64,000 nt of DNA from an uncultured Alphaproteobacteria bacterium (lineage in GTDB: Bacteria > Pseudomonadota > Alphaproteobacteria > Rhizobiales > Kaistiaceae): positions 84,298 through 148,297 of the forward strand of contig CAVUOD010000010.1 in the NCBI GenBank assembly GCA_963743015.1. Direction: 5' to 3'. The notes beneath the pieces are model-generated. The model searched no databases. It saw nothing but the letters and a program-made list of their open reading frames with translations, and was not told the DNA's origin. Positions within the stretch are counted from its first letter, which is position 1; each line of letters begins with the position of its first letter. The position numbers and the translations under genes were made by a program. Of this stretch, positions 19,286 to 28,725 are shown one piece after another.

Positions 19286-20563
19286 TTACTTGCTGACCTT
19301 CAGCTTGCCCATCTGAAGGAATTGCATGACCGCCTTTTCAAAGTACGGCTCGGTGATGCCGCGCCTCACCTTGCCCATGAAGTACTTCTCGAACGCGATC
19401 TTGGCGACGTGGACCCATTTGCCTTGCGACGACCAGTTGACGTTGCGCGGCGGGTTCTGCGGCTGGGCAATGAAGGCGACGCCGGTGTCGCCGAAGTCGG
19501 CCAGGCAGATCGCGTTCCAGCTCGCCTCGTGCGAGGTCTCCTTGCCGACGATGGCATCGCGGATGTTGAGCGCGGTTGCCGTCACCATGCTCTCGATCAT
19601 GTAGCCGGTCTTGGGCACGCCCACCGGCACCGGCGTCGGCTCATAGGGCGGAATGGCGATGCACACGCCGACGCCATAGACGTTGGAGTATTTCGGGTTG
19701 CGCTGGTGGTGGTCGACAATGACGAAGCCGCGCGGGTTGACCAGCCCCTCGATGCCGCGCACCGCGGGAATGCCGCGGAAGGCGGGCAGCATCATGGAGT
19801 GCTTGTAGGGCAGCTCGTGCTTCTTCTTCTCGCTGCCGTCCTCATTGAGCTCGAGCACATAGGCCTTGCCGTCCGCGAACTTCTCCACCTTGGCGTTCAC
19901 CACCCACTTGATGGTGCGCTCGCGCAGTGCGCTTTCCATCAGGCCCTTGGTGTCGCCGACGCCGCCCAGGCCGAGATGGCCGATATAGGGCTCCGAGGTG
20001 ACGAAGGTCATCGGCACTTTGTCGCGAATCTTGCGCTGGCGCAGATCGGTATCCATGATCATCGCGAACTCGTAGGCCGGGCCGAAGCAGGAGGCGCCCT
20101 GCACGGCACCGACGACGATCGGGCCGGGGTCGGCGCAGAATTTCTCCCAGGCCTGCGAGCCGCCGGCAGCGTGATCCACGTCGCACACCGAGGTCGTGTT
20201 CTTCTCCGGGCCGAATCCCTCGATCTCGTCGAAGGCGAGCTCGGGACCGGTGGCGATGACCAGATAGTCGTAGGTGATCTCTTCGCCGTTCGACAGCGCG
20301 ATGCGGTTTTCCTCCGGCACCAGCTTCTCCGCCGCGGCATGGACGAAGTCGACCTTGTTGCGCGGCAGCACCGTGGCAAGGTCGATGGTGACCTGTTCCT
20401 TCGTCCGCCATTTCACCGCCACCCACGGATTGGACGGCGTGAACTGGAAGAAGGGCTTGTTGGAAACGACCGTGACCTTGTGGGCCCGGTCGAGGGTAGC
20501 GCGCAGCTCATAGGCGGCTGAAATGCCGCCGATGCCGCCGCCGAGAACGACGATATGCGACAT
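19286..20563 (-). CDS. sqr: sulfide:quinone oxidoreductase (FAD-dependent, NAD(P)/FAD-binding)
   Basis: Start MSHIVVLGGGIGGISAAYEL with AAGGAG upstream. ...VIATGPELAFDEIEG..., conserved Cys residues and the C-terminal amphipathic tail fit the SQR family. Confidence 0.85.
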   Translation of the reverse strand: MSHIVVLGGGIGGISAAYELRATLDRAHKVTVVSNKPFFQFTPSNPWVAVKWRTKEQVTIDLATVLPRNKVDFVHAAAEKLVPEENRIALSNGEEITYDYLVIATGPELAFDEIEGFGPEKNTTSVCDVDHAAGGSQAWEKFCADPGPIVVGAVQGASCFGPAYEFAMIMDTDLRQRKIRDKVPMTFVTSEPYIGHLGLGGVGDTKGLMESALRERTIKWVVNAKVEKFADGKAYVLELNEDGSEKKKHELPYKHSMMLPAFRGIPAVRGIEGLVNPRGFVIVDHHQRNPKYSNVYGVGVCIAIPPYEPTPVPVGVPKTGYMIESMVTATALNIRDAIVGKETSHEASWNAICLADFGDTGVAFIAQPQNPPRNVNWSSQGKWVHVAKIAFEKYFMGKVRRGITEPYFEKAVMQFLQMGKLKVSK

Positions 20564-20596
20564 GGTTGTGGGATCTCCTTGGTTTCCTGTCCCCCT

Positions 20597-20618
20597 TACA
20601 TACAATTTTTTGCATGTA
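20597..20618. promoter_or_regulatory. imperfect palindrome TACATACAA-TTTT-TTGCATGTA upstream of sqr (candidate operator)
   Basis: Read directly. 8 of 9 positions are symmetric. It lies 34 nt upstream of the sqr start in an AT-rich patch. Confidence 0.3.
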
Positions 20619-20912
20619 TTGGAAGCCCCCGCGCTCCGCCGTGGCGAAAATTGACGGTTTCCGCGGGCGAAGCCGACGAAATCACGGTGATCCAGGGCAC
20701 CTTGCACCCAGCCCCGATCATCGATTCCGATGTTAGCCGGGCCAATCGGGGCCGCAATGACATGAGTCAGAAGCGGGCCGCGACAAAAAGGCGGGCACGG
20801 GAGGCAGCAACACGAAGACGTGAGCGGCGCGCCGGAAGGGGCGCCTTCGAACGTTCAAGGCCGTCAGGCAGAATGAAGCGCAAGCCGGATCACGGCCAAT
20901 GGAGGAGAAGGC

Positions 20913-21794
20913 ATGACCCAGGCACCGAAGATCACGCAGGAAATGATCGATCTCTATGACGAGTACACCCATCTGACGCTCGACCGGCGCGGGTTCATGG
21001 CGAAGCTGACCGGCCTTGCCGGCAGCGCGGCCGCGGCGGCGGCGATCGTGCCGTTGATTGCCAGCAACTATGCGCGGGCGGCAGTGGTGGCGCCGGACGA
21101 TCCGCGGCTCGCCGTCAGCGATGTGACCTATGCCGGCGGCGCCGGCAAGGTGAAGGGCTATCTCGCCATGCCGGCGGATCGCGACGACGAGCTTCCCGCC
21201 GTCGTCGTTGTTCACGAGAATCGCGGCCTCAATCCGCACATCAAGGATGTGACCCGGCGTCTGGCGGTGGAGGGCTTCGTCGCGCTGGCCGTCGATCTGC
21301 TGTCGCGTCTCGGCGGTACGCCGGCGAGCGAGGAGGAAGCGGCCAAGATGTTTCAGAACATCGACCGCAGCGGTCTGGTCGTCGATGCGGTCGCGGCGGT
21401 TCCCTATCTCGCCGGGCGCGAGGAGACCAACGGCGCGGTCGGGGCGGTCGGCTTCTGCTTCGGCGGCGGCATCGTCAACCAGATGGCGGTCAACAGCCCG
21501 GACCTGCGCGCCGCCGTCGCCTATTACGGCGCCCAGCCGCGGGCCGAGGACGTGGCCCGGATCAGGGCGAAGCTGATGCTCCATTATGCCGGCCTCGACC
21601 AGCGCATCGATGCGGGCATTCCCGCCTATGTGGCGGCGCTCAAGGCGGCCGGCGTCGACTATCAGCTGTTCATGTATGAAGGCGTCAATCACGCCTTCAA
21701 CAACGACACCTCGGCGGCGCGCTACAACAAGGCGGCGGCGGATCTGGCGTGGGCGCGCACCGTCGCCTTCTTCAAGGAGACTCTGGTCGCGTGA
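20913..21794 (+). CDS. dienelactone hydrolase family protein with a Tat-type signal
   Basis: DRRGFMAKLTGLAGSAAAAAAIV twin-arginine signal. ...VVVVHENRGLNPHIKDV...GFCFGGG...VNHAFNND are DLH motifs. Confidence 0.85.
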   Translation: MTQAPKITQEMIDLYDEYTHLTLDRRGFMAKLTGLAGSAAAAAAIVPLIASNYARAAVVAPDDPRLAVSDVTYAGGAGKVKGYLAMPADRDDELPAVVVVHENRGLNPHIKDVTRRLAVEGFVALAVDLLSRLGGTPASEEEAAKMFQNIDRSGLVVDAVAAVPYLAGREETNGAVGAVGFCFGGGIVNQMAVNSPDLRAAVAYYGAQPRAEDVARIRAKLMLHYAGLDQRIDAGIPAYVAALKAAGVDYQLFMYEGVNHAFNNDTSAARYNKAAADLAWARTVAFFKETLVA

Positions 21795-22000
21795 GGCCGG
21801 CGCGGCGAAGCGTATCGCGCGGTGCGTTTCTCCGCCTTTACCACGCGGATCGCCGTCACTTGCCTCGCCACATTCGTGGCGTAATCTTTGGTGCAGGGGG
21901 GCCGGACGCCCGGCCAGGTGCCGGGCGCGGTCGGCCCAGTTTCTTATTCCTTGGGTGGTTTCTCGCCGGTGCCGATCGGCAATACGAAGAGGAAACGAGG

Positions 22001-22399
22001 ATGAAGCTTCGTTCGCTTGCAACCGCCGCGCTCGGCTTGGGTCTGGTCATGGCCGTGCCCGCCGTCGCGCAGGCCTATACCAACTACACCACCGACTCGG
22101 TCAACTTCCGTGCCGGACCGGGAGTCGGTTACCACAGCTATGGCGCCCTGCCGGCGGGCACGCCGGTCGATGTTCACTATTGTCAGGCCGACTGGTGCCG
22201 GGCGACGTCGTTCCTCGGCACCGGCTGGGTGTCGTCCTACTATCTCGAAGGGGCGCGGCGCATCTATCCGCGGCGCTACTTCCCGCCGGCCTACTATGCG
22301 CCTTATCCCTATTACCGGCCGCATCGCTATTACCGGCCCTATCCCTACTACCGCCGCTACCCGCGGTCGGGCTTCTCCTTTTATTTCGGGTGGCCGTAG
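22001..22399 (+). CDS. secreted SH3b-domain protein with a Tyr/Pro/Arg-rich C-terminal tail
   Basis: Signal peptide MKLRSLATAALGLGLVMAVPAVAQA. SH3_3-like VNFRAGPGVGYHSYGALPAGTPVDVHYCQADWCRA. The tail is YPRRYFPPAYYAPYPYYRPHRYYRPYPYYRRYP. Confidence 0.75.
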   Translation: MKLRSLATAALGLGLVMAVPAVAQAYTNYTTDSVNFRAGPGVGYHSYGALPAGTPVDVHYCQADWCRATSFLGTGWVSSYYLEGARRIYPRRYFPPAYYAPYPYYRPHRYYRPYPYYRRYPRSGFSFYFGWP

Positions 22400-22552
22400 G
22401 CGACGGGTGACGGCGCGCCCGCGTCGCGTGACGCGCGGTCGGTCAGGCAAAGGGGAGCAGCCTGCAAAGCGGCTCCCCTTTTCCGTCGGGTACCCATGTC
22501 GCCGTCGCGTGTCGTTTGGTGCGCGATGCCGGTCGCGACGAGCCGCCGCAAC

Positions 22553-23347
22553 TCACTTGAAGAGCTTCGGCAGCGTCAGCCGCGGCAACTTCAATTTCGG
22601 TCGCGTGAGCTGCTTCATCGTCTCGGTGACCGTCGTCGCGGCACCGCCGACATAGCGCGCGACAATTTTTTTCTCGCCGCGCAGCGCCGGTACCAGCAAA
22701 CGCTGATTGCTGATGAAGGGCAGTGCCGCCTTCAGCGGGATGCCCTTGAAGAAGGTGCCGTCCCACTTGTCGTGCAGCGAGAAGATGCCGTCGATGCTCA
22801 TGGTGAGAAAGCGTCCGATGACGTTGTGCAGGCGGCAGGCAGCGTTCGACGGACACACCTCGACGGCGCCGTTGATCATGGCGATCGCCAACTCGCCGGT
22901 GTTGCCGACATAGACGTCGAAGGCGGTGCCGCGCACGCCGATGGTGGCGGTCGGCGTCTTGATCTCATAGGCGTCATGCCTGGCCTGGCCGGTGATGAAA
23001 CGGAACGAGCCGCGGGTCAGGTCGATCACCACCTTCGAGCCGGAACTCTTTGGATTATATACGAAATTGTCGAGGACCACGGTCGAGCCGGGGCCGATGG
23101 CGAGCTTGGTCCTGTCGCGGAATTCGAACTGGCCGACGCCGGCGGAATTGGTGGTCACGGTCTGGTTGGCGAAGATGTCGTCGCCGCTCTTCAAGACGAC
23201 CGACTGACTATCGAGCGTGCCGGTCACCGACGTCGTGATCGCCGTCGCCTTGCCGATATCGGTTGCGGCCCGGGCGCTGCCGGACAGCGATGCGACGAAG
23301 GCGAGGGCAAGCGCGCATGCGACGCTGCACGATGGTGAGAACGGCAT
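22553..23347 (-). CDS. FecR-domain protein (secreted)
   Basis: Start at MPFSPSCSVACALALAFVASLSGSARA. Core: FANQTVTTNSAGVGQFEFRDRTKLAIGPGSTVVLD...TPTATIGVRGTAFDV. Confidence 0.7.
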   Translation of the reverse strand: MPFSPSCSVACALALAFVASLSGSARAATDIGKATAITTSVTGTLDSQSVVLKSGDDIFANQTVTTNSAGVGQFEFRDRTKLAIGPGSTVVLDNFVYNPKSSGSKVVIDLTRGSFRFITGQARHDAYEIKTPTATIGVRGTAFDVYVGNTGELAIAMINGAVEVCPSNAACRLHNVIGRFLTMSIDGIFSLHDKWDGTFFKGIPLKAALPFISNQRLLVPALRGEKKIVARYVGGAATTVTETMKQLTRPKLKLPRLTLPKLFK

Positions 23348-23541
23348 CGGTCGAAGAAGCCTCTTGACGAAGTAACGCGATCGAAGCCGCGCATGATGCA
23401 CTCCATCGCGACGCCATGCATGCGCAAACGACGGTCGCATAAATTTCGTCGGCATTACGATTAGCGCGTTGTTAACTCGGAACTTGCACTACTATGTTCG
23501 TGTGAGTTGATTCGCGACTCGACACCGAGAGGAGAAGACCA

Positions 23542-23634
23542 TTGGCTAAGAAAGCTGTGAAGAAGGCGGTGAAGAAGCCTGCGAAGAAGGCTGCCAAGAA
23601 GAAGGTCGCGAAGAAGGTCGCGAAGAAGAAGTAG
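23542..23634 (+). CDS. 30-aa Lys/Ala-rich highly basic micro-protein (histone H1-like repeat peptide)
   Basis: Not in the ORF track. GAGGAG lies 7 nt upstream of a TTG at 23542. Translation is (M)AKKAVKKAVKKPAKKAAKKKVAKKVAKKK, ending at TAG 23632-23634. A strong terminator follows at 23733-23761. Confidence 0.55.
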   Translation: MAKKAVKKAVKKPAKKAAKKKVAKKVAKKK

Positions 23635-23732
23635 TACCGATGTCACCGATCACCCGGTGACAACCACGAGCATCCCGCTCGCCGTCGCGGTCACATGACG
23701 GATCGCACGGCGGCGGGGATGTTCCAGTAAAA

Positions 23733-23761
23733 GGGGCATCCATGTGATGCCCCGTTTTTTT
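23733..23761 (+). terminator. rho-independent terminator
   Basis: GGGGCATC-CATGT-GATGCCCC followed by GTTTTTTT. Confidence 0.85.
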
Positions 23762-23829
23762 GTGCTCTCCCATTCGCAACACGCGTCGCGCCGCCGCTGG
23801 TCCTTGCCCGCGGCGAGGTTCGCGCGCGT

Positions 23830-25183
23830 TCACACCATGTGGCGCATGTCGGCGGCGAAGGTCGGGAAGGCGTAGACCATCTCGCCGAATTCCGCAGTGG
23901 CGATGCCGTGGCGCATGGCCAGCGCGAAGACGTGGATCAGCTCCTCGCCGCCGTGGCCGACGATGTGGGCGCCGAGAATCCGTCCGCTGTCGCGCTCGCT
24001 GATCACCTTGGCCCAGGCGGCGGGTTCGGCGAAGGTGCGGGCGGAGAGCCAGTCGTGCATGTCGCTGACCGCGACATGCACGTCGAGGCCGCGGTCGCGG
24101 GCATCCTCTTCGGTCAGGCCGATGCTGGCGATGGCGGGGATCGTGTAGAGGCAGTAGGGGATCGCCGCATAGTCGGGCCGGTGCTTGGGTCCATCGACGA
24201 TGTTGCGGCCGACGAGGCGGCCCTCATAGGTGGCCAGCGGCGAGAGCTGCGGCGTATCGGGCAGGGCGTCGCCGACGATCCACACCGCCTTGTTCGAGGT
24301 CGAGCGCAGATGGTCGTCGTGCAGCAGGCGGCCATGCTCGACCGCGACCTCGCCGGATTCGATGTCGAGCCCTTCGGTGTTGGCGACGCGGCCGGCACCG
24401 TTGACCACCCGGTCGGCATCGACCGTGCGTTCCATGCCGTCCTCCTCGAAGGTCACGCGCAGGCGATCGCCGACCTCAGCGATCGCCTTGACGGCGATGC
24501 TGCCGCGCAGGTCGATGCCGAGGCGGCGCGTCTCGGCGAGGATCTGGTTCGACGGCGTCGGCATCGTGACGCGGCAGGAAGCGTCCGCCGGCCTGCAGGA
24601 TCGTCACCTTGGTTCCGGCGCGGGCATAGACGTGGCCGAACTCGAAGGCGATGACACCGCCGCCGACGAAGACCACGTCGCGCGGCTGCCGGGGCTCGCT
24701 CAGCACCTCGTCGGAGGTGATCATCAGCTCGGCGCCGGGGAAGGCGAGCGGGCGCGGCCGCGATCCGGTGGCGATGACGATGTGCCCGGCCTCGTAGATT
24801 TGGCCGCCGGCGCGAACCGCGTTGGGCGTGACGAAGTGGCCGTGGGCACGCACCAGATGCACGCCGCGCTTCTCGAGTGCCGCGGTGAGGGCGCCCGGTA
24901 TGTGGGCGATGATCTGCTTCTCGCGCGCGATCAGTTCCGCCCAGTCGAGCCGTGCCGGCCCGACCGCGATATGGTGGGCGCCGGCATGGGCGATCGTGTC
25001 GAGGGCGTGGGCGGCGGCGACCAGCACCTTCTTCGGCGTGCAGCCGCGGTTGGAGCAGGTGCCGCCCAGTTCGGCCGGCTCGAGCAGTGCCACCTTGAGG
25101 CCGGCATGGCGCGTCGGCACCGTTACCCCCATGCCGCCATTGCCGCCGCCGATGATCACGACGTCGTAACTGTGGTTGGCCAT
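23830..25183 (-). pseudogene. FAD-dependent pyridine nucleotide-disulfide oxidoreductase (glutathione reductase / dihydrolipoamide dehydrogenase-like), frame broken near 24541-24553
   Basis: N-terminus YDVVIIGGGNGGMG...LGGTCSNRGCTPKK (redox CxxxxC) ...VVFVGGGVIAFEF...DADAVE joins QILAETRRLGIDL...GDA...HIVGHGGEELIH. The junction GAA-C-CAG fits one extra C. Confidence 0.85.
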
Positions 25184-25340
25184 GTTGCGCCCTCCCGTTT
25201 GCGTTCCAGGCAGGATAGGGGAGCGGCGTTCACAGGGCGACGGGTGGCGCTGCACGATTCCGTCACGCGGTGTTGATGCAGATCAGCGTGCTGTCAGGTG
25301 TATCCAGGTCTAAGCGGGTGGGCGCGACAGCTGGAGAGGT

Positions 25341-25961
25341 ATGGCCATGCACGGTTTCCTTCGTTCCGCCGCTTTGTCGGCTGCCTTCATCCTCGCTTCG
25401 AGCGTCCTGGCCGCAGCGGCGCCGACGACCGTGACCGTGCGGCTCCTCGACAGTTCGATGATGGGCCAGGGCGGCGGTCCGGGCGGCAATGGCTTTGGCA
25501 TGGGGCAAGGCCAGGGCCGCGGCTTCGGCATGATGGGCGGCGGCATGATGGGCGGCGGTCGCGGCATGGGGCAAGGCTACGGCCGCGGTGGTATGGGCCA
25601 GGGCATGGGGCAAGGCTATGGCCGCGGCGGCATGGGCCAGGGCATGATGGCGATCCGCGCCGACAAGGGCACGGTCGAAGCCGGCAAGGTCACCTTCGAC
25701 GTCACCAACTGGTCGCGCAAGCTGATCCACGAAATGCTGGTGGTCTCGGTCAAGAACGCCGATGTCCAGCTCCCCTACGACAGCGACGACCAGCGCATCG
25801 TCGAGGACAAGATCAAATCGCTCGGCGAGACCGAGGAGATGCAGCCCGGCGCCTCCAAGGATCTGACCCTCGATCTCAAGCCCGGCACCTATCTGCTGGT
25901 CTGCAACCTGCCCGGCCACTATGCCGCCGGCATGTGGACGGTGCTGACGGTCACCCAGTAG
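25341..25961 (+). CDS. cupredoxin-like copper-binding protein with an N-terminal Met/Gly-rich repeat region
   Basis: Signal peptide, then repeats GQGGGPGGNGFGMGQGQGRGFGMMGGGMMGGGRGMGQGYGRGGMGQGMGQGYGRGGMGQGMM. C-terminal type-1 Cu ligand pattern: IHEM...CNLPGHYAAGM. Confidence 0.8.
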   Translation: MAMHGFLRSAALSAAFILASSVLAAAAPTTVTVRLLDSSMMGQGGGPGGNGFGMGQGQGRGFGMMGGGMMGGGRGMGQGYGRGGMGQGMGQGYGRGGMGQGMMAIRADKGTVEAGKVTFDVTNWSRKLIHEMLVVSVKNADVQLPYDSDDQRIVEDKIKSLGETEEMQPGASKDLTLDLKPGTYLLVCNLPGHYAAGMWTVLTVTQ

Positions 25962-26047
25962 GCGCAGTTTCCGCTTCGGCAGTGCCCACGGCGGCGGCCC
26001 CATGAGGCCGCCGCTTTCTTCTCGCGCGTGGCGCTGCGCTGCCGGTC

Positions 26048-26518
26048 CTAGCGGATCGGCATGTAGATCTCGGTGAGGAGGTCGGCCGCGGGCGTCTTGT
26101 CCGGATCGCTGACATAGACCTCCCAGGCGGTCGCCGGCACCGGCAAGCCGATCCTCTTCAAATGGGCTTCCAGTTTGCCGTAGGTCTCGCCGAGCTTCGG
26201 ATACGGCCCGTGATGCACCGCCTTAAGGGCCTTGCCTGACGGCGTCTGCCCGGCATGGACCTCGCCGGTTGCCTTGGTGGTGTCGCAGCATGCAACCGGG
26301 AAGCCGAGGTCGATTGTCATCGTGCCGGCGCCTTGGTCCCGGTCGTGATAGACCGCGACGGGCGGGCCGGCGGGCCTGACGCCGCTCCTGCCGAGAAAGG
26401 CGCCGATCGCGCCGAAGGCTTCTTCCATGGTCGCCGCAATGTCATTCGGGGCCATGCTGGCGGAGCGGGTGACGTAGAGCATCGGCCGGGTTTCGGCCTC
26501 GATCGTCTCTATGAGCAT
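26048..26518 (-). CDS. GyrI-like / AraC effector-binding domain protein
   Basis: 156 aa from MLIETIEAETRPMLYV... to ...WEVYVSDPDKTPAADLLTEIYMPIR, typical of the GyrI-like small-molecule-binding fold. Confidence 0.65.
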   Translation of the reverse strand: MLIETIEAETRPMLYVTRSASMAPNDIAATMEEAFGAIGAFLGRSGVRPAGPPVAVYHDRDQGAGTMTIDLGFPVACCDTTKATGEVHAGQTPSGKALKAVHHGPYPKLGETYGKLEAHLKRIGLPVPATAWEVYVSDPDKTPAADLLTEIYMPIR

Positions 26519-26794
26519 GGCGCACACTCCCCCTGTGCGTTCGCTTGCCTCTGGCATGTGAGAAGAGCCGCCGCCTTGCGCAAAATGGCCTGATGCCGCA
26601 CCCCGCCGCGCTCCCGGGGGCGGGTGCCGCCGTCCGCGTGTTGCTGCGGCAACCTTGAGCTGCGGCGATCGGCCTGCCATCATTAGCGGGGGCATGTTTT
26701 CGATGAGATTCTTCCTGCCTTATGCGTTGCAACGCAAAGCGGTTGCGAAACCGATCGCCGCGTTGCCGCGGCCGGCCCAGCCAGCGGGTCAGCC

Positions 26795-27397
26795 ATGAGC
26801 GAGCGTCAGACGGCCGGACAGATCGTGCCTTACGCGCTTCTGGTGGGGGCGATCACGGGCCTGCTGACGGTCTTCCTGCCGCTTCCCATGGAGACCCTTC
26901 CGGCGGATCCGCGGGCCGCCGGCTACATCATTCACGCGCCCGTTCTCGCTCCCCTGGGCGCGCCGATCTATTTCGGCCTGGGGCTGATGTTCCTGCTCAA
27001 TGCGATGGACAGGCTGTCGACCCCCGGGGCCCTGCCGATACTGGCCGGGGTGTTCGTCGGCTGGCTGCTCGCCATCAACCTCTATCTGCGCATCGGCGAC
27101 GCGATACCGCCTCCCCAAGGGGAGGGCGATGTGGCGACGCTGAGAGCGATCCTCGGCATCGCCATAGGCGCGGTGTGCGGCGCCGCCGGTGCCGCGTTCA
27201 CATGGCTCGGTGCGGCCGTTTCGGTGCGCAGGCTGATGCGCTTCGACGCGTTCCTGGCGGTGACGGCGACCGGTCTGGTGGTCGGCGGCATCCTGGTCTT
27301 TTCGGATCTGATGCACACGCCCTGGAAGCTCTTCTGTTCCTGGCAGGCCGCGGTTGCGGCAGCGACCGTCTGGGCCAATTCGCGCATGCGGATCTGA
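26795..27397 (+). CDS. hypothetical integral membrane protein
   Basis: 200 aa with about 5-6 hydrophobic helices. No family recognised. Confidence 0.5.
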   Translation: MSERQTAGQIVPYALLVGAITGLLTVFLPLPMETLPADPRAAGYIIHAPVLAPLGAPIYFGLGLMFLLNAMDRLSTPGALPILAGVFVGWLLAINLYLRIGDAIPPPQGEGDVATLRAILGIAIGAVCGAAGAAFTWLGAAVSVRRLMRFDAFLAVTATGLVVGGILVFSDLMHTPWKLFCSWQAAVAAATVWANSRMRI

Positions 27398-27421
27398 GCC
27401 GCGCGCGGCCGGCCCCGGCGC

Positions 27422-27727
27422 TCAGAGTTCCAGCGGTTCGCCGGTCACCTCATAGGCCAGGATGTCCCGTTCCAGGGTGCCGCCGGCCGCTTCCCGCGCA
27501 TCGGCCCAGACCTTGATGTGCGGCGCCTTGGCATGGGCCTCGATCGCTTCCCAGCTCTGCCAGCGTTCGACGATGCGGATGAGCCCCGGGTCGAGCACGT
27601 CCTCGCCATAGGCATAGAGCAGGCAGCCCGGCTCCTTGCGGGTTCCTTCCAGCGCCACGCGCATGAACGGCCTGAGCTCATCCATCTTTTCCGGCCTTAC
27701 CCGGATATGTCCGCTGACGATGATCAC
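27422..27727 (-). CDS. antibiotic biosynthesis monooxygenase (ABM) family protein / putative quinol monooxygenase
   Basis: 101 aa. IIVSGHIRVRPEKMDEL...EPGCLLYAYGEDV...IVERWQSWEAIEAH is the ferredoxin-like ABM pattern. Confidence 0.75.
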   Translation of the reverse strand: MIIVSGHIRVRPEKMDELRPFMRVALEGTRKEPGCLLYAYGEDVLDPGLIRIVERWQSWEAIEAHAKAPHIKVWADAREAAGGTLERDILAYEVTGEPLEL

Positions 27728-27910
27728 GCTGAGCCTCCTTCAAGCGATTGTTGCCTGCCTTTCGGCCATATGCACCGCGCGGCGGGCAGAGCGCAAATGC
27801 CTTTGCCCGAGATTTCGGCAGACGGCCGGCGTAGGGCAGCGGTCTTGCGGCCGTATCAGGACCATTGCCGGTTCGCCCTCGCGGACCGGCGCATGTCTGG
27901 AGAGTTCCCG

Positions 27911-28354
27911 ATGAAGACTGCTTCCGTCGCGGCTGCCGCCGCCTTTGCCGTGGCCGCCGCCTTGCCGGCGGCCGCCAGTGCCGCCAATGCGGTGACCACC
28001 ACCAGCGTCAACATGCGCGCCGGCCCCAGCGTCTCCTTCCCGTCGGTGGCGCAGCTTCCGGACGGGGCCCCTGTGCAGATCTACGGCTGCGTCAACGACG
28101 GGTCGTGGTGCGACACGGCCTGGACGAACCAGCGCGGCTGGGTCGCTGGCGCCTATCTCAGCACGATCTATCGCGGTGCGCCCGTCTCGGTTGCCGTCTA
28201 CGGGCAGCGGCTCGGCTATCCGGTGGTTGTCTACGACCAGAGCGCCTATTGGGGCCGCTATTATGTCGGGCGCCCGTGGTATGCCCAGCGGCACGTCTAT
28301 CTCGGGCCCAATCACCAATGTTTCCGCGGTCGATTTGCAACCGCCTGCCGCTGA
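27911..28354 (+). CDS. secreted SH3b-domain protein (paralogue of 22001-22399)
   Basis: Signal peptide MKTASVAAAAAFAVAAALPAAASA. VNMRAGPSVSFPSVAQLPDGAPVQIYGCVNDGSWCDTAW. Tyr-rich tail. Confidence 0.75.
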   Translation: MKTASVAAAAAFAVAAALPAAASAANAVTTTSVNMRAGPSVSFPSVAQLPDGAPVQIYGCVNDGSWCDTAWTNQRGWVAGAYLSTIYRGAPVSVAVYGQRLGYPVVVYDQSAYWGRYYVGRPWYAQRHVYLGPNHQCFRGRFATACR

Positions 28355-28569
28355 ACGCGCCCGCGTAGGGTAACCGCCTCACGGCCGTGAAAGGGCAGAG
28401 GCCGGATTCGTCCGGCCCCGACGCTGTCGTCATCCCCGCGAGTATCCGGGCGTGTTCGGCCTTCGCCTCTGGTCCACCCGCCCCCCGTTTGGACCATGCC
28501 GGACACGCCAGGGCGGATGACACGTTGCGACGCCGCCCCAGAAGGCGAGGGGCGGCGGAGCAGCGCATT

Positions 28570-28725
28570 TCAGGCGTGGCCGAAGAGCAGCGCGAGCGCC
28601 ATCCCTGCCGCCAGGACCACAAACGAAACGAGCGTCATGATGGCGATCGACGGTGCCGGCGCCGCGCCGCCGTGGCCCATCGCGCCGCCGTGATGGCCGC
28701 CCATCGCCGCGCCGCTTCCCATCAT
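28570..28725 (-). CDS. 51-aa His/Met/Gly-rich tail-anchored micro-protein (candidate metal-binding peptide)
   Basis: Not in the ORF track. Its ATG at 28725-28723 overlaps the DUF4396 TGA at 28724-28722 as an ATGA. Translation is MMGSGAAMGGHHGGAMGHGGAAPAPSIAIMTLVSFVVLAAGMALALLFGHA. Confidence 0.55.
   Translation of the reverse strand: MMGSGAAMGGHHGGAMGHGGAAPAPSIAIMTLVSFVVLAAGMALALLFGHA

Noticed and set aside
28380-28569. GTCATCCCCGC...GGGCGGATGAC distant inverted repeat and GCCGCCCC/GGGGCGGC hairpin as a mobile element or terminator.
   Set aside because: The arms are imperfect with about 80 nt spacing and there is no U-tract. Support is insufficient beyond noting REP-like character.
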